A stretch of 64,000 bases of DNA from Pseudolabrys sp. (GCA_035626335.1 DASPNW010000023.1:14738-78737); one strand, 5' to 3'; numbered from the stretch's first letter, positions 45,204-55,053 are shown. Numbers and translations are program-made. The notes: a model not told the origin generated them from the sequence alone.

Positions 45204-45683
45204 ATGAGTCTTCAGATCCGCCGTGTTGTGACCGGGCACAGCGCAGACGGCCGCGCCAAAGTTGAAGTCGACGAGATCGCAAAAAATGTCATCTCCAACA
45301 GGCCAGGCGCGTCATCCTGCGTGGTCTGGTCGACCAAGGGCTTTCCAGTCGACAACGACGGATTTCAAGACACTACCTCCGGGTCGTTCAAGACCACAAT
45401 CGAGGGCGGTACCGTGTTCCGCGTCGTGCGCTATCGGCCGGGCGTGACGCCGCGCAACCACCGCACCGATTCGATCGACTACGCCGCTGTCCTATCCGGA
45501 GCGATCGACATGGAACTCGACGACGGTGTAGTGGTGAAGTTGAAAGCCGGCGATGTGTTGGTGCAGCGCGGCACTATCCACAATTGGGTCAACCGCGGCA
45601 CCGAAGACTGCATTATCGCCTTCGTACTAATCAGCGCCAAACCGGTGACGGCAGGAGGCAAACCGCTACAAGCCGTCGGGTAA
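45204..45683 (+). CDS. Cupin domain protein
   Basis: RRVVTGH..DG; HRTDSIDYAAVLSG; GDVLVQRGTIHNW. Confidence 0.88.
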   Translation: MSLQIRRVVTGHSADGRAKVEVDEIAKNVISNRPGASSCVVWSTKGFPVDNDGFQDTTSGSFKTTIEGGTVFRVVRYRPGVTPRNHRTDSIDYAAVLSGAIDMELDDGVVVKLKAGDVLVQRGTIHNWVNRGTEDCIIAFVLISAKPVTAGGKPLQAVG

Positions 45684-45689
45684 TCTACA

Positions 45690-46649
45690 TCAATTCGGTT
45701 CAATGCCCGCGGCCTTCACTGCTTCGCCCATCAGCTTGACTTCCTGACGGAAGTAGGCGGCCGTTTCGCTAGCGTCCCGATTGTCCGGAATGTAGCCGTC
45801 GCGCTGCATAGCGGACGCGACTGCCGGGGCCTGCAAGGCCGCGCGCACCGCCGCATTGAGCTTTTCGACGATTTCGGGCGGTGTCTTCGCCGGCGCGAAA
45901 AACATGCCCCAGGAACCGATAGGCTCAAAGCCAGGCAAAATATCCTTCATAAGAGGTACGTTCGGGAACGCCGGAAACGGCTTGCTACCCGTGAAAGCGA
46001 GCGCGCGCACGCGTCCATCCTTGAGCAATCCTAAGACCGATGGTGGCGTTACAAACATCACTTCAATGCTGCCGCTGAGCATTCCGGTCATGACTTCCGA
46101 TGCCCCTTTGTAGGGAATGTGCTGCATCGTGATTCCAGCTTTTTTGCTGAAGATCTCGGCGGCGAGATGCAGGCCGTTGCCCACGCCCGGAGAACCGAAC
46201 ACCGCGCGATCCTTTTTCGCGTGATCGATAAATTCTTGGAGTGTTTTATAGGGCGATTTTTCGTCGACCAGCATAAACAGGCCGTCGAGAACCCCAATCG
46301 TTGCTATCGGCGTGAGATCAGTGAACACGTCGTAGCCAAGATTTTTATAGATAAACGGGGTCGGCGCAATTCCGTTTGAGGAGAACAGCAGCGTATAGCC
46401 ATCAGGCTTTGACTGGACGACCGCGCGCGCACCGATTGTTCCGTTCGCACCGACACGGTTCTCGACAAAGAATTGTTGCCCGAGATCAAGACTAAGCTGC
46501 GCGGCGAGCGTGCGCGCCTGAATATCCGGGCCGCCGCCTGCCGCGTAGCCAACGACGATCCTTACCGGATGGTCGGGATATTGCTGCGCCTGAGCCGTTA
46601 TCGACAACAGCGATAACGCCGCAGCCAAAAATGAAAAAAATCGAAGCAT
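45690..46649 (-). CDS. Tripartite tricarboxylate transporter SBP (Bug/TctC), orphan
   Basis: YPDHPVRIVVGYAAGG, ENRVGANG, KPDGYTLL, HIPYKG, FAPAKTP. Confidence 0.9.
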   Translation of the reverse strand: MLRFFSFLAAALSLLSITAQAQQYPDHPVRIVVGYAAGGGPDIQARTLAAQLSLDLGQQFFVENRVGANGTIGARAVVQSKPDGYTLLFSSNGIAPTPFIYKNLGYDVFTDLTPIATIGVLDGLFMLVDEKSPYKTLQEFIDHAKKDRAVFGSPGVGNGLHLAAEIFSKKAGITMQHIPYKGASEVMTGMLSGSIEVMFVTPPSVLGLLKDGRVRALAFTGSKPFPAFPNVPLMKDILPGFEPIGSWGMFFAPAKTPPEIVEKLNAAVRAALQAPAVASAMQRDGYIPDNRDASETAAYFRQEVKLMGEAVKAAGIEPN

Positions 46650-46845
46650 CGGCCAAACCGTATATTTCGAAGCGATGAAGAAAGGTAAATCTTTGCCAAC
46701 CCAGACGCTAGGCCTGGCAACATTTTCGATGAGGACTCGTAGGATAACGTACAAGTTTTTGCCGGCGGCACCACGCATTGCCAGTGCCGCAATCGGGAGT
46801 CTATCCTAACGGCGTGGTCTTGGCGCCTGCGTGAGGTATGATTTC

Positions 46846-47904
46846 ATGTCAAGGTTCTTCGCGGCTGCTGCATTCGCATGGTTGCTAATTTCGGTTGCGT
46901 CCAATGCAGTCCTGGCGCAGCAGCCGTCGCAAGCACAGCGCGAGGCCATCCGCGAATCGTGCCGTTCCGACTTTATAAGCAATTGTTCGGGTACTGAGCC
47001 CGGCGGCAAGGATGCGCTGGAGTGTCTCATGCGCAACGACGCCAAATTGTCTGTCTCTTGCAAGGCAGCCGTGGAAGCCCTTGCACCAGCGTCGACCGCT
47101 CACGATACTCCCGCCGGCGCGGTTGCCCCGACGCCAGCTAAGCCGACGCCGCAACCTGCAGCGGCGCAATCGCAAGAAGATCAACTCAAACTCGTCCGAC
47201 AAACCTGCACACTCAATGATTTCGCCGCGCACTGCTCTTGGATTGCGCCGAGCAGTCCCGAGTTGCTGCTCTGTCTGAAGGCAAACGCAGCCGAATTATC
47301 GCCAGCCTGTCGAAGGATGATGGAAACTCTTCCCGCCGCAGAAAAACCAACTACCACCGCCGAGCCTTCACCGGAAATTTCGCGACCGGCTTCGCCGTCG
47401 ACAAAAACAGAAAGTGCACCGAAGCCGACACAAACAAGCGCACCTTCGTCGCCCGCACCAGCGCAGGCGGCGACCGGAGCAAAAAAGCCAACCGCGCGGC
47501 AACTCAGTGCCATCCGAGCTGCCTGTCGATCCGATTTTATGGCCCACTGCACGGGCGTGCAGCCCGGAGGGGCCGCAGCGTTGCAGTGTCTGCAGAAAAA
47601 TTCCACTTTGCTGTCGGCCGGATGTCATAGCGCTGTAGCGGCAATTGACCGAAGCGCTCCCACATCACCTTCTGCGGCGCCGGGCGCGACCCCAGCGGCC
47701 CCGGCGGTAGCTTCGCTTGGCCCAATCCCGCCGATGCGCCCGCGCGTGGCGCTCGCTATATTGCGAATCTGCGATGCCGATCAGCGCTCGCTTTGCCCTG
47801 GCGTTGAGCCTGGCGCCGGCCGTTTGCTTTCCTGTTTATCGGACAATGCCGCGTCTCTCTCGCCGCGCTGTTATGCGGCACTGAGCGGGGCCGTCCGCCG
47901 ATAG
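46846..47904 (+). CDS. Exported protein with four 4-Cys repeats and Pro/Ala/Thr linkers
   Basis: Four units of C..D....C....P......CL..N...LS..C. Confidence 0.85.
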   Translation: MSRFFAAAAFAWLLISVASNAVLAQQPSQAQREAIRESCRSDFISNCSGTEPGGKDALECLMRNDAKLSVSCKAAVEALAPASTAHDTPAGAVAPTPAKPTPQPAAAQSQEDQLKLVRQTCTLNDFAAHCSWIAPSSPELLLCLKANAAELSPACRRMMETLPAAEKPTTTAEPSPEISRPASPSTKTESAPKPTQTSAPSSPAPAQAATGAKKPTARQLSAIRAACRSDFMAHCTGVQPGGAAALQCLQKNSTLLSAGCHSAVAAIDRSAPTSPSAAPGATPAAPAVASLGPIPPMRPRVALAILRICDADQRSLCPGVEPGAGRLLSCLSDNAASLSPRCYAALSGAVRR

Positions 47905-48278
47905 ATGGCAGGCGATTCAGCCTGGTACCTTAACGCCCCCGACTTGTTCTTGCCGATGGACCATCGGCTTGGCCGCCTTCTTGATCTTGTCCATCCCGGT
48001 TCTGGTGGGGCAATGCCGTGTCCACTACGTCTTGGTGTTGACGGGTTCAAGGGCTCGGCCACCCGCTGTCAATGAGCTCTATTTCGCAGAAACCGCAACC
48101 CGATATGCAAAGGGTCGCACACTGGATGATGACCCATTTGCGCGTGTTAGCGGTGAAGGGCACCGCGCAGGCTGCAATCATTGCGGTTATGGCGCGCTTC
48201 GCCGCGGGCTTCCCAAATCGACGCAATTGTTGTTTTGCTGACAAAAATAGATCAAATTCTGCTGGGGGAGCTGGATTG

Positions 48279-48629
48279 ATGGTCGATATTCGGACGATTC
48301 CGATCTTGCGCGGTATGACTCTGATCGCCGCGCTGATAGTAACCGGCGAAATTGCCTTTGCTCAAAACGATGCGACTTCTGCAAACTTCATTATACCCGG
48401 CTGCCGGGCATTCCTGGGACCCGCTCTGCAACAGGACCGTTGCGTCGGAATCGTCGAAGGAATCATCTTTGCGAGCAAGGGCGTTGTCTGTCCTCCCAAA
48501 ACATCGACGACGGTGCAATCTGTCCAGATCGTCGTCAATTACATCGACACCCGACCTACGAGGCAGAACGACAATTTTTTTGCATTGGCCCTTGACGCTC
48601 TAAAGACGACTTGGCCCTGTAAGAAATAG
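48279..48629 (+). CDS. Rap1a/Tai-like immunity protein, orphan
   Basis: Signal peptide; SANFIIPGC, CVGIVEG, CPP, VVNYIDTRP, ALDALKTTWPC; RBS GGGGGAG. Confidence 0.75.
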   Translation: MVDIRTIPILRGMTLIAALIVTGEIAFAQNDATSANFIIPGCRAFLGPALQQDRCVGIVEGIIFASKGVVCPPKTSTTVQSVQIVVNYIDTRPTRQNDNFFALALDALKTTWPCKK

Positions 48630-48686
48630 TCGACGCAAATTGCAGCTCGTTATCGGACCGAGCGCCAGATCGGCGGCACCAAAATG

Positions 48687-49073
48687 CTATGGCCGCAGCG
48701 GGGTATCTTTCCATTGCCGCAGGCTTTCGGCGATCACCTTCATCGCAGTTGTCGCAGCATGACTCAAGTTGGCAAAGCTGACGATTTCGCGGCTCACTCG
48801 CTCACCTTCAATGCGCAGCATTTCGCGCACGCTTTCCAGTTCGCGAATGACCCGGTCAATTTCCTCTATTGACGCGCCCGCGACCCGCCGGACGAGCTCA
48901 TTCGGCCTTTCCATGATCGGATCGTCGACAAGCTCTGCCTCGTTGCGCTGCCGGCGCAGAAACGCGACGTGACCGGCATCGCTTGGTTTTTCGGATACAC
49001 GCCGATTCTGCGGAGCGAAAACCTCCGGACCTGACTTGTTCGAATCAAGCCAGTCGGGTCTCACGATCGTCAT
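48687..49073 (-). CDS. Coiled-coil hypothetical protein (rhizobial type)
   Basis: VAGASIEEIDRVIRELESVREMLRIEGERVSREI..FANLS. Confidence 0.7.
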   Translation of the reverse strand: MTIVRPDWLDSNKSGPEVFAPQNRRVSEKPSDAGHVAFLRRQRNEAELVDDPIMERPNELVRRVAGASIEEIDRVIRELESVREMLRIEGERVSREIVSFANLSHAATTAMKVIAESLRQWKDTPLRP

Positions 49074-49380
49074 TATAATACCCCCCTACAACGCTACAGC
49101 TACGTTGATACTTCCCGCGGGATCAATTGCCTCACGCGACTGAGGCGGTATTGGGGCGCATTACGACAGGAATCCGATATCCACCGAATTAAAGTGTAGC
49201 ACCGGGAGACCCGATCAGCGCGTCTCCCTTTGGGCCAGAAGTGATTGCTGCGAATTCCGCTAAATTGATCGCCCCTTCAGACGCGCGATGGAGCCACGCC
49301 TTTGGTCAAAGCCCCGAACGGAGAGCCGGAAGGCAGCATCCGAGGGACGTGGATTCAGGCAAGGAATTGAACGGCTGGCG

Positions 49381-49435
49381 ATGTCTGCTTGGGTCGCAGA
49401 CGCGCCATGTCCAATTTGATCGTGAAAGCTGACAT
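49381..49435. repeat. Degenerate compound palindromic repeat
   Basis: ATGTCTGC-TTGGGTC-GCAGAC then ATGTCCAATTTGATCGTGAAAGCTGACAT. Confidence 0.55.
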
Positions 49436-49548
49436 TCCCGATCAATAGCGGATAAGTTTAGCCGCACGTTGCCGGAATTAATTTCATAGAATAGGACGCC
49501 TGGCCTTTGTGGTGCGCACCGGTCGGCGTGGCTCGACAGGAGGTTCAA

Positions 49549-50088
49549 GTGCAAAGCGTGACTCGTTTTGTCGAAGCGATCGTCTTTAACAGCCGGTGGC
49601 TGATAGCTCCGTTTTTGTTGGGATTGGTCGTCGGTCTCGCGGCGCTCGCGCTCAAATTTCTCACCAAACTGTTCGACTTTGTCATGCAGATCCCCACGAC
49701 TCCACCCGCGGATGTGATTGTCGGCATCCTCACCCTCGTGGACCTTACGCTCATCGCCAACCTCATCGTCATTGTTATTTGCTCGAGCTATGAAAATTTC
49801 CTCACTCAAATTGATCCCGCGAAGCACCCCGATTGGCCGGAGGGACTGATAAAAATTGGTTTTTCGGGGCTCAAACAGAAGTTGCTTGGCTCGATAGCCG
49901 CTATTGCTGCGGTCAATGTCCTGGAATGGTTCATGGATATCGAGCGACATGCTGACAACACAAAGTTGGCCTGGGTTGTCGGCATTCTGCTGACTTTCGC
50001 AGTCTCGATGCTCATTCTTGCAATCGCGGACCGATTAAGCCACCTGAACGAAACCAGCGCGCCAACAAAAGCGACTCGTCAACGTTAG
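49549..50088 (+). CDS. YqhA/UPF0114 family membrane protein
   Basis: FNSRWLIAPF, LTLVDLTLIANL, SYENF, LKQKLLGSIAAI; RBS AGGAGG, GTG start. Confidence 0.85.
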   Translation: MQSVTRFVEAIVFNSRWLIAPFLLGLVVGLAALALKFLTKLFDFVMQIPTTPPADVIVGILTLVDLTLIANLIVIVICSSYENFLTQIDPAKHPDWPEGLIKIGFSGLKQKLLGSIAAIAAVNVLEWFMDIERHADNTKLAWVVGILLTFAVSMLILAIADRLSHLNETSAPTKATRQR

Positions 50089-50148
50089 AAACAGGTTCAC
50101 GAAAACGTCTTGGCCTCATCTTCAACGCTCGCCTTAGTGGGGAAGAAC

Positions 50149-50382
50149 ATGGAGAAACTGGTCGATATCTTTTGTCACGCCATCCGCATCACAGATCCAC
50201 TTTCGATCAAGATTGCCGTCGGAGTTATTGGCGGCGGCTTGCCGCTGCTCTTCCTGCTCGCGCTTTTTGTCATGCTCGGTGAGCTTGCGGCCGCGCTGCG
50301 AGAAAACACGATGCCCGTCTCTCATCGGCCAATCCGACGCAAAGAACGCGCCGGACGACGCTCTGCCGCCACCCGTAAGTAG
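50149..50382 (+). CDS. Small single-TM hypothetical protein
   Basis: Hydrophobic core and basic tail. Confidence 0.4.
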   Translation: MEKLVDIFCHAIRITDPLSIKIAVGVIGGGLPLLFLLALFVMLGELAAALRENTMPVSHRPIRRKERAGRRSAATRK

Positions 50383-50418
50383 CCGAGACGCTCGAACGGC
50401 CACGCACGCAACGCCCAT

Positions 50419-51096
50419 CTAAATATTGCCGGTTAATCGGAGGACAATCCCGATAACGGCATCCGTACAGGTCGAGATAAGGCGTGACACAAAATCAAGC
50501 TCCAAACCCAATTGCGAACCCAGCAACGGCAGGAGAATGAGCAACCCGATAAGAATCATCATCCCGTAAGGCTCAAGACGGGCAAGTCGTGTCGCCAAAG
50601 CATTCGGAAGCAGGCCAACAGCGATGCGCCCCCCGTCCAGAGGCGGGAGCGGAAACAGATTGAAGACCGCGAGAACGACATTGAGGATTAGCGCATTCTT
50701 TAAATTCAACGCGGTCCACCGAGCTATTGTGGCCGGCAGGTAGGCGATCAAATGGAAACTCAGGGCGGCAACAACGGCCAGCCCGATATTCATTGCAGGT
50801 CCCGCCGCCGCGACAAGCACCATGCCCATGCGGGGATTGCGGAGTGCCTGAAAATTAACCGGTACCGGCCGCGCGTAGCCAAACAAGAACGGTGACCGCG
50901 CGAGCAGCAAGAGCCCAGGCAGAATAACTGTTCCAAAAGGGTCTATGTGCCGAAATGGGTTGAGGCTGACACGCCCGAGCCGTGAGGCCGTTTCGTCACC
51001 GAGGAAGCGCGCAACATATCCGTGAGCCGCCTCGTGGAACGTGATCGCGACAAGAACCGGCAATAGCCAGATTGAAACGGTATAAATCAGGTCCAT
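50419..51096 (-). CDS. Site-2 protease family (M50) protein
   Basis: HEAAHG, VAAAGPAMN, FNLFPLPPLDGG. Confidence 0.92.
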   Translation of the reverse strand: MDLIYTVSIWLLPVLVAITFHEAAHGYVARFLGDETASRLGRVSLNPFRHIDPFGTVILPGLLLLARSPFLFGYARPVPVNFQALRNPRMGMVLVAAAGPAMNIGLAVVAALSFHLIAYLPATIARWTALNLKNALILNVVLAVFNLFPLPPLDGGRIAVGLLPNALATRLARLEPYGMMILIGLLILLPLLGSQLGLELDFVSRLISTCTDAVIGIVLRLTGNI

Positions 51097-51180
51097 GTCA
51101 TCGTGTGTAGCCAGAAAACACGGCGCACGCTATGTCCCCGCCATCTATTTCCATGGCCGCGAGTGAACTAAAGTACGTGC

Positions 51181-51603
51181 ATGAGGAAATGGATCACTTA
51201 CTGGTTCACCGTGATTGTGCTGGCGGCGCTCTGCGTTGTTGCCCTCTATTTCAATTTTTCCCAGTCAACGCCTGAGGACGGCGGCACTTCCCTGTCTTTG
51301 CGATTTTCATGGGCCGGCATTCCGGCCTGCGCGTCGATCTCACCGGCTTTTGCACTGGCGAACGTTCCTGCCGGTACCAAAAGTTTGAACTTCATGATGA
51401 CCGACCTCAATATGCCGACTTTCCACCATGGTGGCTCAACCATCCCATATCAGGGGAATTTAGTGAGCCAGGGCGCCATCAGCTATACCGGCCCATGCCC
51501 GCCTCACGGCGAGCGCCACAACTACCGGTGGACGGTTCAGGCGCAGGATGCCGCGGGAAAAGTTTTGGACAAAGCCACCGCAGAGGCAACGTTTCCGCCT
51601 TAG
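51181..51603 (+). CDS. YbhB/YbcL (PEBP) family protein
   Basis: VPAGTKSLNFMMTDL, HGG, YTGPCPP, HNYRWTVQA. Confidence 0.8.
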   Translation: MRKWITYWFTVIVLAALCVVALYFNFSQSTPEDGGTSLSLRFSWAGIPACASISPAFALANVPAGTKSLNFMMTDLNMPTFHHGGSTIPYQGNLVSQGAISYTGPCPPHGERHNYRWTVQAQDAAGKVLDKATAEATFPP

Positions 51604-51634
51604 CGGCGTTTTGTCGTGCGAATTTACTTTTATC

Positions 51635-51874
51635 CTACGAATGACAATACCAATAATGACGCTGCCCTACCCGGCCCGTTGTCACGAATGAACTGAACCG
51701 CGTATGCAGCACTTTTTGTTTGTCAGCGCTTGCGTATTCTTGTTTGGAAACGGCGACGCACTTGTTCCTGGGAGGCTGATCCGCGTTCATTGACTGAGAA
51801 GGTGCCGCAATTAGCAGCAACCCGACCAAGCAAGTCGCGGCTGCAAGAAGTGCGATAAAGCTTCTCCGTTTCAT
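51635..51874 (-). CDS. Small secreted hypothetical protein
   Basis: MKRRSFIALLAAA leader; C..VSKQEY; YWYC. Confidence 0.6.
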   Translation of the reverse strand: MKRRSFIALLAAATCLVGLLLIAAPSQSMNADQPPRNKCVAVSKQEYASADKQKVLHTRFSSFVTTGRVGQRHYWYCHS

Positions 51875-51965
51875 CTGACGCTCTCACACTTCTTGCGCGC
51901 TGCTTACTTTTCTGAATACTCGCGCCTTTCGTGCGGAAAGCTTGTGAGCTAATTCACACAGCGCC

Positions 51966-51979
51966 TTGAATTGATTCAA
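51966..51979. promoter_or_regulatory. FixK2-like palindrome
   Basis: TTGAA-TTGA-TTCAA = TTGA-N6-TCAA. Confidence 0.35.
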
Positions 51980-52011
51980 CAGGCATCGCAGTGCGGCATG
52001 GCACGATGAGG

Positions 52012-52047
52012 AAAGGAAAAGGGGGCGAGTCTTCAAGGCTCGCCCCC
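52012..52047 (-). terminator. Rho-independent terminator
   Basis: GGGGGCGAG/CTCGCCCCC stem followed by TTTTCCTTT on the minus strand, after the 52066 stop. Confidence 0.8.
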
Positions 52048-52065
52048 TGCTTCTGTTCCTCGCCT

Positions 52066-52335
52066 TTAGTAGTTACGGAGCATTTCGTTGTAGCCGGGGC
52101 TGCCACCGCCCGTGCCTGCCCGGCCGTCTGAATTCAAGCCCCGCTCGGGTCTGGGCGCCATGGCGAAAGAATCCAAGCCAGTCTGACGGGCAGCAATTTT
52201 ACCGCTCTGAATAGCAGCTGACTTGTTTGCGAACACGAGCACGTTGCCGGTGCCGTCACAGGCGCAGAACGACTGCGCAAAGGCCGGCGCCGTGAAGACA
52301 GTGAATGCAGTTAAGATGGTCAGTAACCGTCTCAT
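52066..52335 (-). CDS. Small secreted hypothetical protein (rhizobial type)
   Basis: Signal peptide; GTGNVL, GLDSFAMAP, TGGGSPGYNE; RBS CAGGAG. Confidence 0.75.
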   Translation of the reverse strand: MRRLLTILTAFTVFTAPAFAQSFCACDGTGNVLVFANKSAAIQSGKIAARQTGLDSFAMAPRPERGLNSDGRAGTGGGSPGYNEMLRNY

Positions 52336-52341
52336 GGTAAT

Positions 52342-52369
52342 TCTCCTGTGATTGTTACTGCACAGGAGA
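52342..52369 (-). promoter_or_regulatory. Hairpin sequestering the Shine-Dalgarno
   Basis: TCTCCTGTG-N10-CACAGGAGA perfect 9-bp stem containing AGGAG. Confidence 0.6.
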
Positions 52370-52380
52370 TTGGAAAAGGC

Positions 52381-52491
52381 CGTCGCTTATTCCTGCCAGC
52401 GAAGGGCAAAACACCCCACCTGAGATAACGTTTTGCTGAACATAGATTGAAAGGCGTGCGGGAATAAATCGGGCAATTACCTTAAGCGACG
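52381..52491. ncRNA. Candidate structured RNA or 5' UTR
   Basis: Three nested stems: CGTCGCTTA/TAAGCGACG, TTCCTGC/GCGGGAA, GCAAAAC/GTTTTGC. Confidence 0.3.
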
Positions 52492-52903
52492 ACCTAGACG
52501 AGGATGCCGATTTTTTCGCCCCCAGCAGCAACCGGTCATTGCCGGCATAAAATACTTGAAGCACCGATTTCACACCTCTCGGGAGCGCGGTACCTCCGCT
52601 CTTCAATAGGCATCGCCGGTGCAGTGTTACTGCACTCTCACGACACGACTCATAGATAACGAAAGGCACCGGTTGGCGGGGCAGAGACACGCTGCATTTG
52701 ACAGGAGATGTTGATGGGCGCTCGAATTTATGCGGCATCTGCTAAAAAACTGGAATCGGGCACAGCGGAAGAAATCTGCAATTCGTTAGAGCAATCAGTT
52801 CTGAAATATTTTCCCCAAGGTGAAAACGATCGGCCGAAGCCTTGTTCCGTCCCCTTGGTCCCTCACCGACAGAAGGAACCACCAGCCTGAGAGTCCGGCG
52901 CAG

Positions 52904-53722
52904 TTACTGCGTATTGGGCGTGCTTGTCGCGGCGAGATTGATCTCCGCTATCGCGTGCCCGCCGTAACTCCTGAAGCGGGTCGAAACGACTTTCATGTTC
53001 AAGTTTTGAAACTCTTTCGGAAGTGCCGACTTGAGCTTCGCCGGGCTGATCGCGCTTTGGAGCGCATTGAACGCTTTCTTGTTTATATCCATTTTCGCAA
53101 CGTTCAGATTGGCATTTGTCAAAAGGGCGTTTTGCCCCTCCATCTTTATCTCGGGCTCGGCCAACTTAAACGTAACATTTTCGCCGTCTTTTTTTACCAA
53201 CTGGACCGGCAGATTTCCACGGAACGACTGACTGCCTTCCATCTTCTTCGTCACGGCCCTTACCGTACGCATGACCGGGACGTTTATTTTTAGGAATCCA
53301 ATTTTTTTCTTCTTCCATTCAATTTCGGACTTTGGCGATTTGGCGATACATGACCAAACGTCAACACGGCCATTAATAGACATCATAAGTTGATCGTCGA
53401 CCGGCCACAGCGCAGTGCTTTTGAGAGAGACAACCGGACTCTGTCGATCGGCGCCTCGGTTGGCGCAATTGTCCGCCGGGGGTCGGAAGGTGTCCATGAG
53501 GTTCGGGAATTTTCGCTGCAGATCTATCAGGTCGACAAAAATTCGGGCGTCCACTGTGCGCTCATTTTCAATGGCGCTGACAGTGACCGTCGAACTCGCG
53601 CTCACCGTAATTGGTATGCCATTTACGGTATTCGTTATTGCGATTGGTCCGACAGCCAATTGAGCCCCGGCTGTGGTTGCAGGACCAGCCACGAGCAACG
53701 CAGCCCAGAAAAGTGCTCTCAT
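52904..53722 (-). CDS. Exported hypothetical protein
   Basis: Signal peptide MRALFWAALLVAGPATTAGA; beta-rich; two Cys. Confidence 0.65.
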   Translation of the reverse strand: MRALFWAALLVAGPATTAGAQLAVGPIAITNTVNGIPITVSASSTVTVSAIENERTVDARIFVDLIDLQRKFPNLMDTFRPPADNCANRGADRQSPVVSLKSTALWPVDDQLMMSINGRVDVWSCIAKSPKSEIEWKKKKIGFLKINVPVMRTVRAVTKKMEGSQSFRGNLPVQLVKKDGENVTFKLAEPEIKMEGQNALLTNANLNVAKMDINKKAFNALQSAISPAKLKSALPKEFQNLNMKVVSTRFRSYGGHAIAEINLAATSTPNTQ

Positions 53723-53906
53723 GCCCCGCCCCGCTAAATGGTCGCCCCCCCAAAGAGTACCGCAAATTAGGGCGGGGATACCTCCATTGTGTCGGCTATC
53801 CCCCACAAAAAACGGGTATTCCCGAGCGCCCAGCGCGCCTGGTTCATGCAGCAATTAATATTGGATTTTCGAGATATCGAGAGGATCAAACGCCGGCGTG
53901 CGACCC

Positions 53907-54215
53907 CTAGGCCGGGCGATGTGCCGGCAACGCCGAGCGTTTTCGCCGGCTCGCATTTGGCGCCGGCCGAACGGCATTCGGAATTTCGATATCGACCTCG
54001 AGGATCGACACCTTGGCACCGCGGTTCATTTGCACGGTGACCCGGTCGGGGTCGATTTCGACGTGCCGACCCACGGCTGTGAGGATTTCTTCGCGCAATA
54101 TGACGAGAAGATCGGGTGAACCGCCCGCCGTGCGCTCATACGCGAGGAGAATCTGCAAGCGGTCGCGTGCCACCGGGGCGGACCCACGACGCTTGAACAG
54201 GCTGAACAGGCTCAT
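53907..54215 (-). CDS. minE: Cell division topological specificity factor MinE
   Basis: SAPVARDRLQILLAYER, LREEIL.AV.RHV, LEVDIEIP. Confidence 0.92.
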   Translation of the reverse strand: MSLFSLFKRRGSAPVARDRLQILLAYERTAGGSPDLLVILREEILTAVGRHVEIDPDRVTVQMNRGAKVSILEVDIEIPNAVRPAPNASRRKRSALPAHRPA

Positions 54216-55036
54216 GCCGCTCTCCGCCCGAACAGCTTGCCAAGAAAGCCCTGTTTGTCGGCGGGAATGGTCATTTCAATATCTTCGCCCATGAGCCGGC
54301 GCGCTGCATCACTATAGGCACGGGCGGCCCCGCTGTCTGGATTGTTGAGTGTCACTGGCGAGCCAAGATTCGAAGCACGCAATACCTCTTCACTCTCGGG
54401 GATGATGCCGAGGAGCGGGGTGGACAGGATCTCAAGAACATCGTCGATACTCAACATCTCGCCCCGCGCGGCGCGCGGCTGATCGTAGCGGGTAATGAGC
54501 AGGTGCTTGCCCACGCGTTCGCCGCGCTCGGCCCTGACGGTCTTGGCATCAAGGAGGCCAATAATGCGGTCTGAATCGCGCACCGACGACACCTCCGGGT
54601 TTGTAACAATGATAGCCTCATCCGCAAAACGCATCGCGAGCGTAGCGCCGCGCTCGATGCCCGCGGGGCTATCGCAGATGACCCAGTCGAACATTTTGCG
54701 GAGCGCGGTTATCACGCTCAAAACCCCCTCTTCGGTGAGGGCGTCCTTGTCGCGGGTCTGCGAAGCGGGAAGCAGCGCAAGCCGATCGAGCCGCTTGTCG
54801 CGGATCAGAGCTTGCGGAAGCTTGGCAACGCCCTGCGTCACGTTGATGAAATCGTAGACCACCCGACGCTCGGCGCCCATCACCAGGTCCAGGTTTCGCA
54901 GGCCGACGTCGAAGTCAACGATGACGACATTCTGTCCGATTTGCGCCAGCGCCGCTCCCAGGGCCGCAGTCGATGTGGTCTTGCCGACACCGCCCTTCCC
55001 GGAAGTAACAACTACGACCTTGGCCATTGTGTGCAT
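54212..55036 (-). CDS. minD: Septum site-determining ATPase MinD
   Basis: SGKGGVGKTT, DFDVGLRNLDLVMG, PASQTRDK, NPEVSSVRDSDR. Confidence 0.96.
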   Translation of the reverse strand: MHTMAKVVVVTSGKGGVGKTTSTAALGAALAQIGQNVVIVDFDVGLRNLDLVMGAERRVVYDFINVTQGVAKLPQALIRDKRLDRLALLPASQTRDKDALTEEGVLSVITALRKMFDWVICDSPAGIERGATLAMRFADEAIIVTNPEVSSVRDSDRIIGLLDAKTVRAERGERVGKHLLITRYDQPRAARGEMLSIDDVLEILSTPLLGIIPESEEVLRASNLGSPVTLNNPDSGAARAYSDAARRLMGEDIEMTIPADKQGFLGKLFGRRAA

Positions 55037-55053
55037 CTCCTGAGTGATCGCAT

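Noticed and set aside
47905-48278. Possible transposase remnant (DKIKKAAKPMVHR; GKPAAKRAITA)
   Set aside because: Only vague resemblance to ISL3/IS110 segments, with in-frame stops and no terminal repeats; cannot be supported without a search.
52381-52491. Glycine or c-di-GMP-I riboswitch
   Set aside because: Fragments such as CTCAGG and GGGCAAA lie on opposite strands, and the full consensus is absent.
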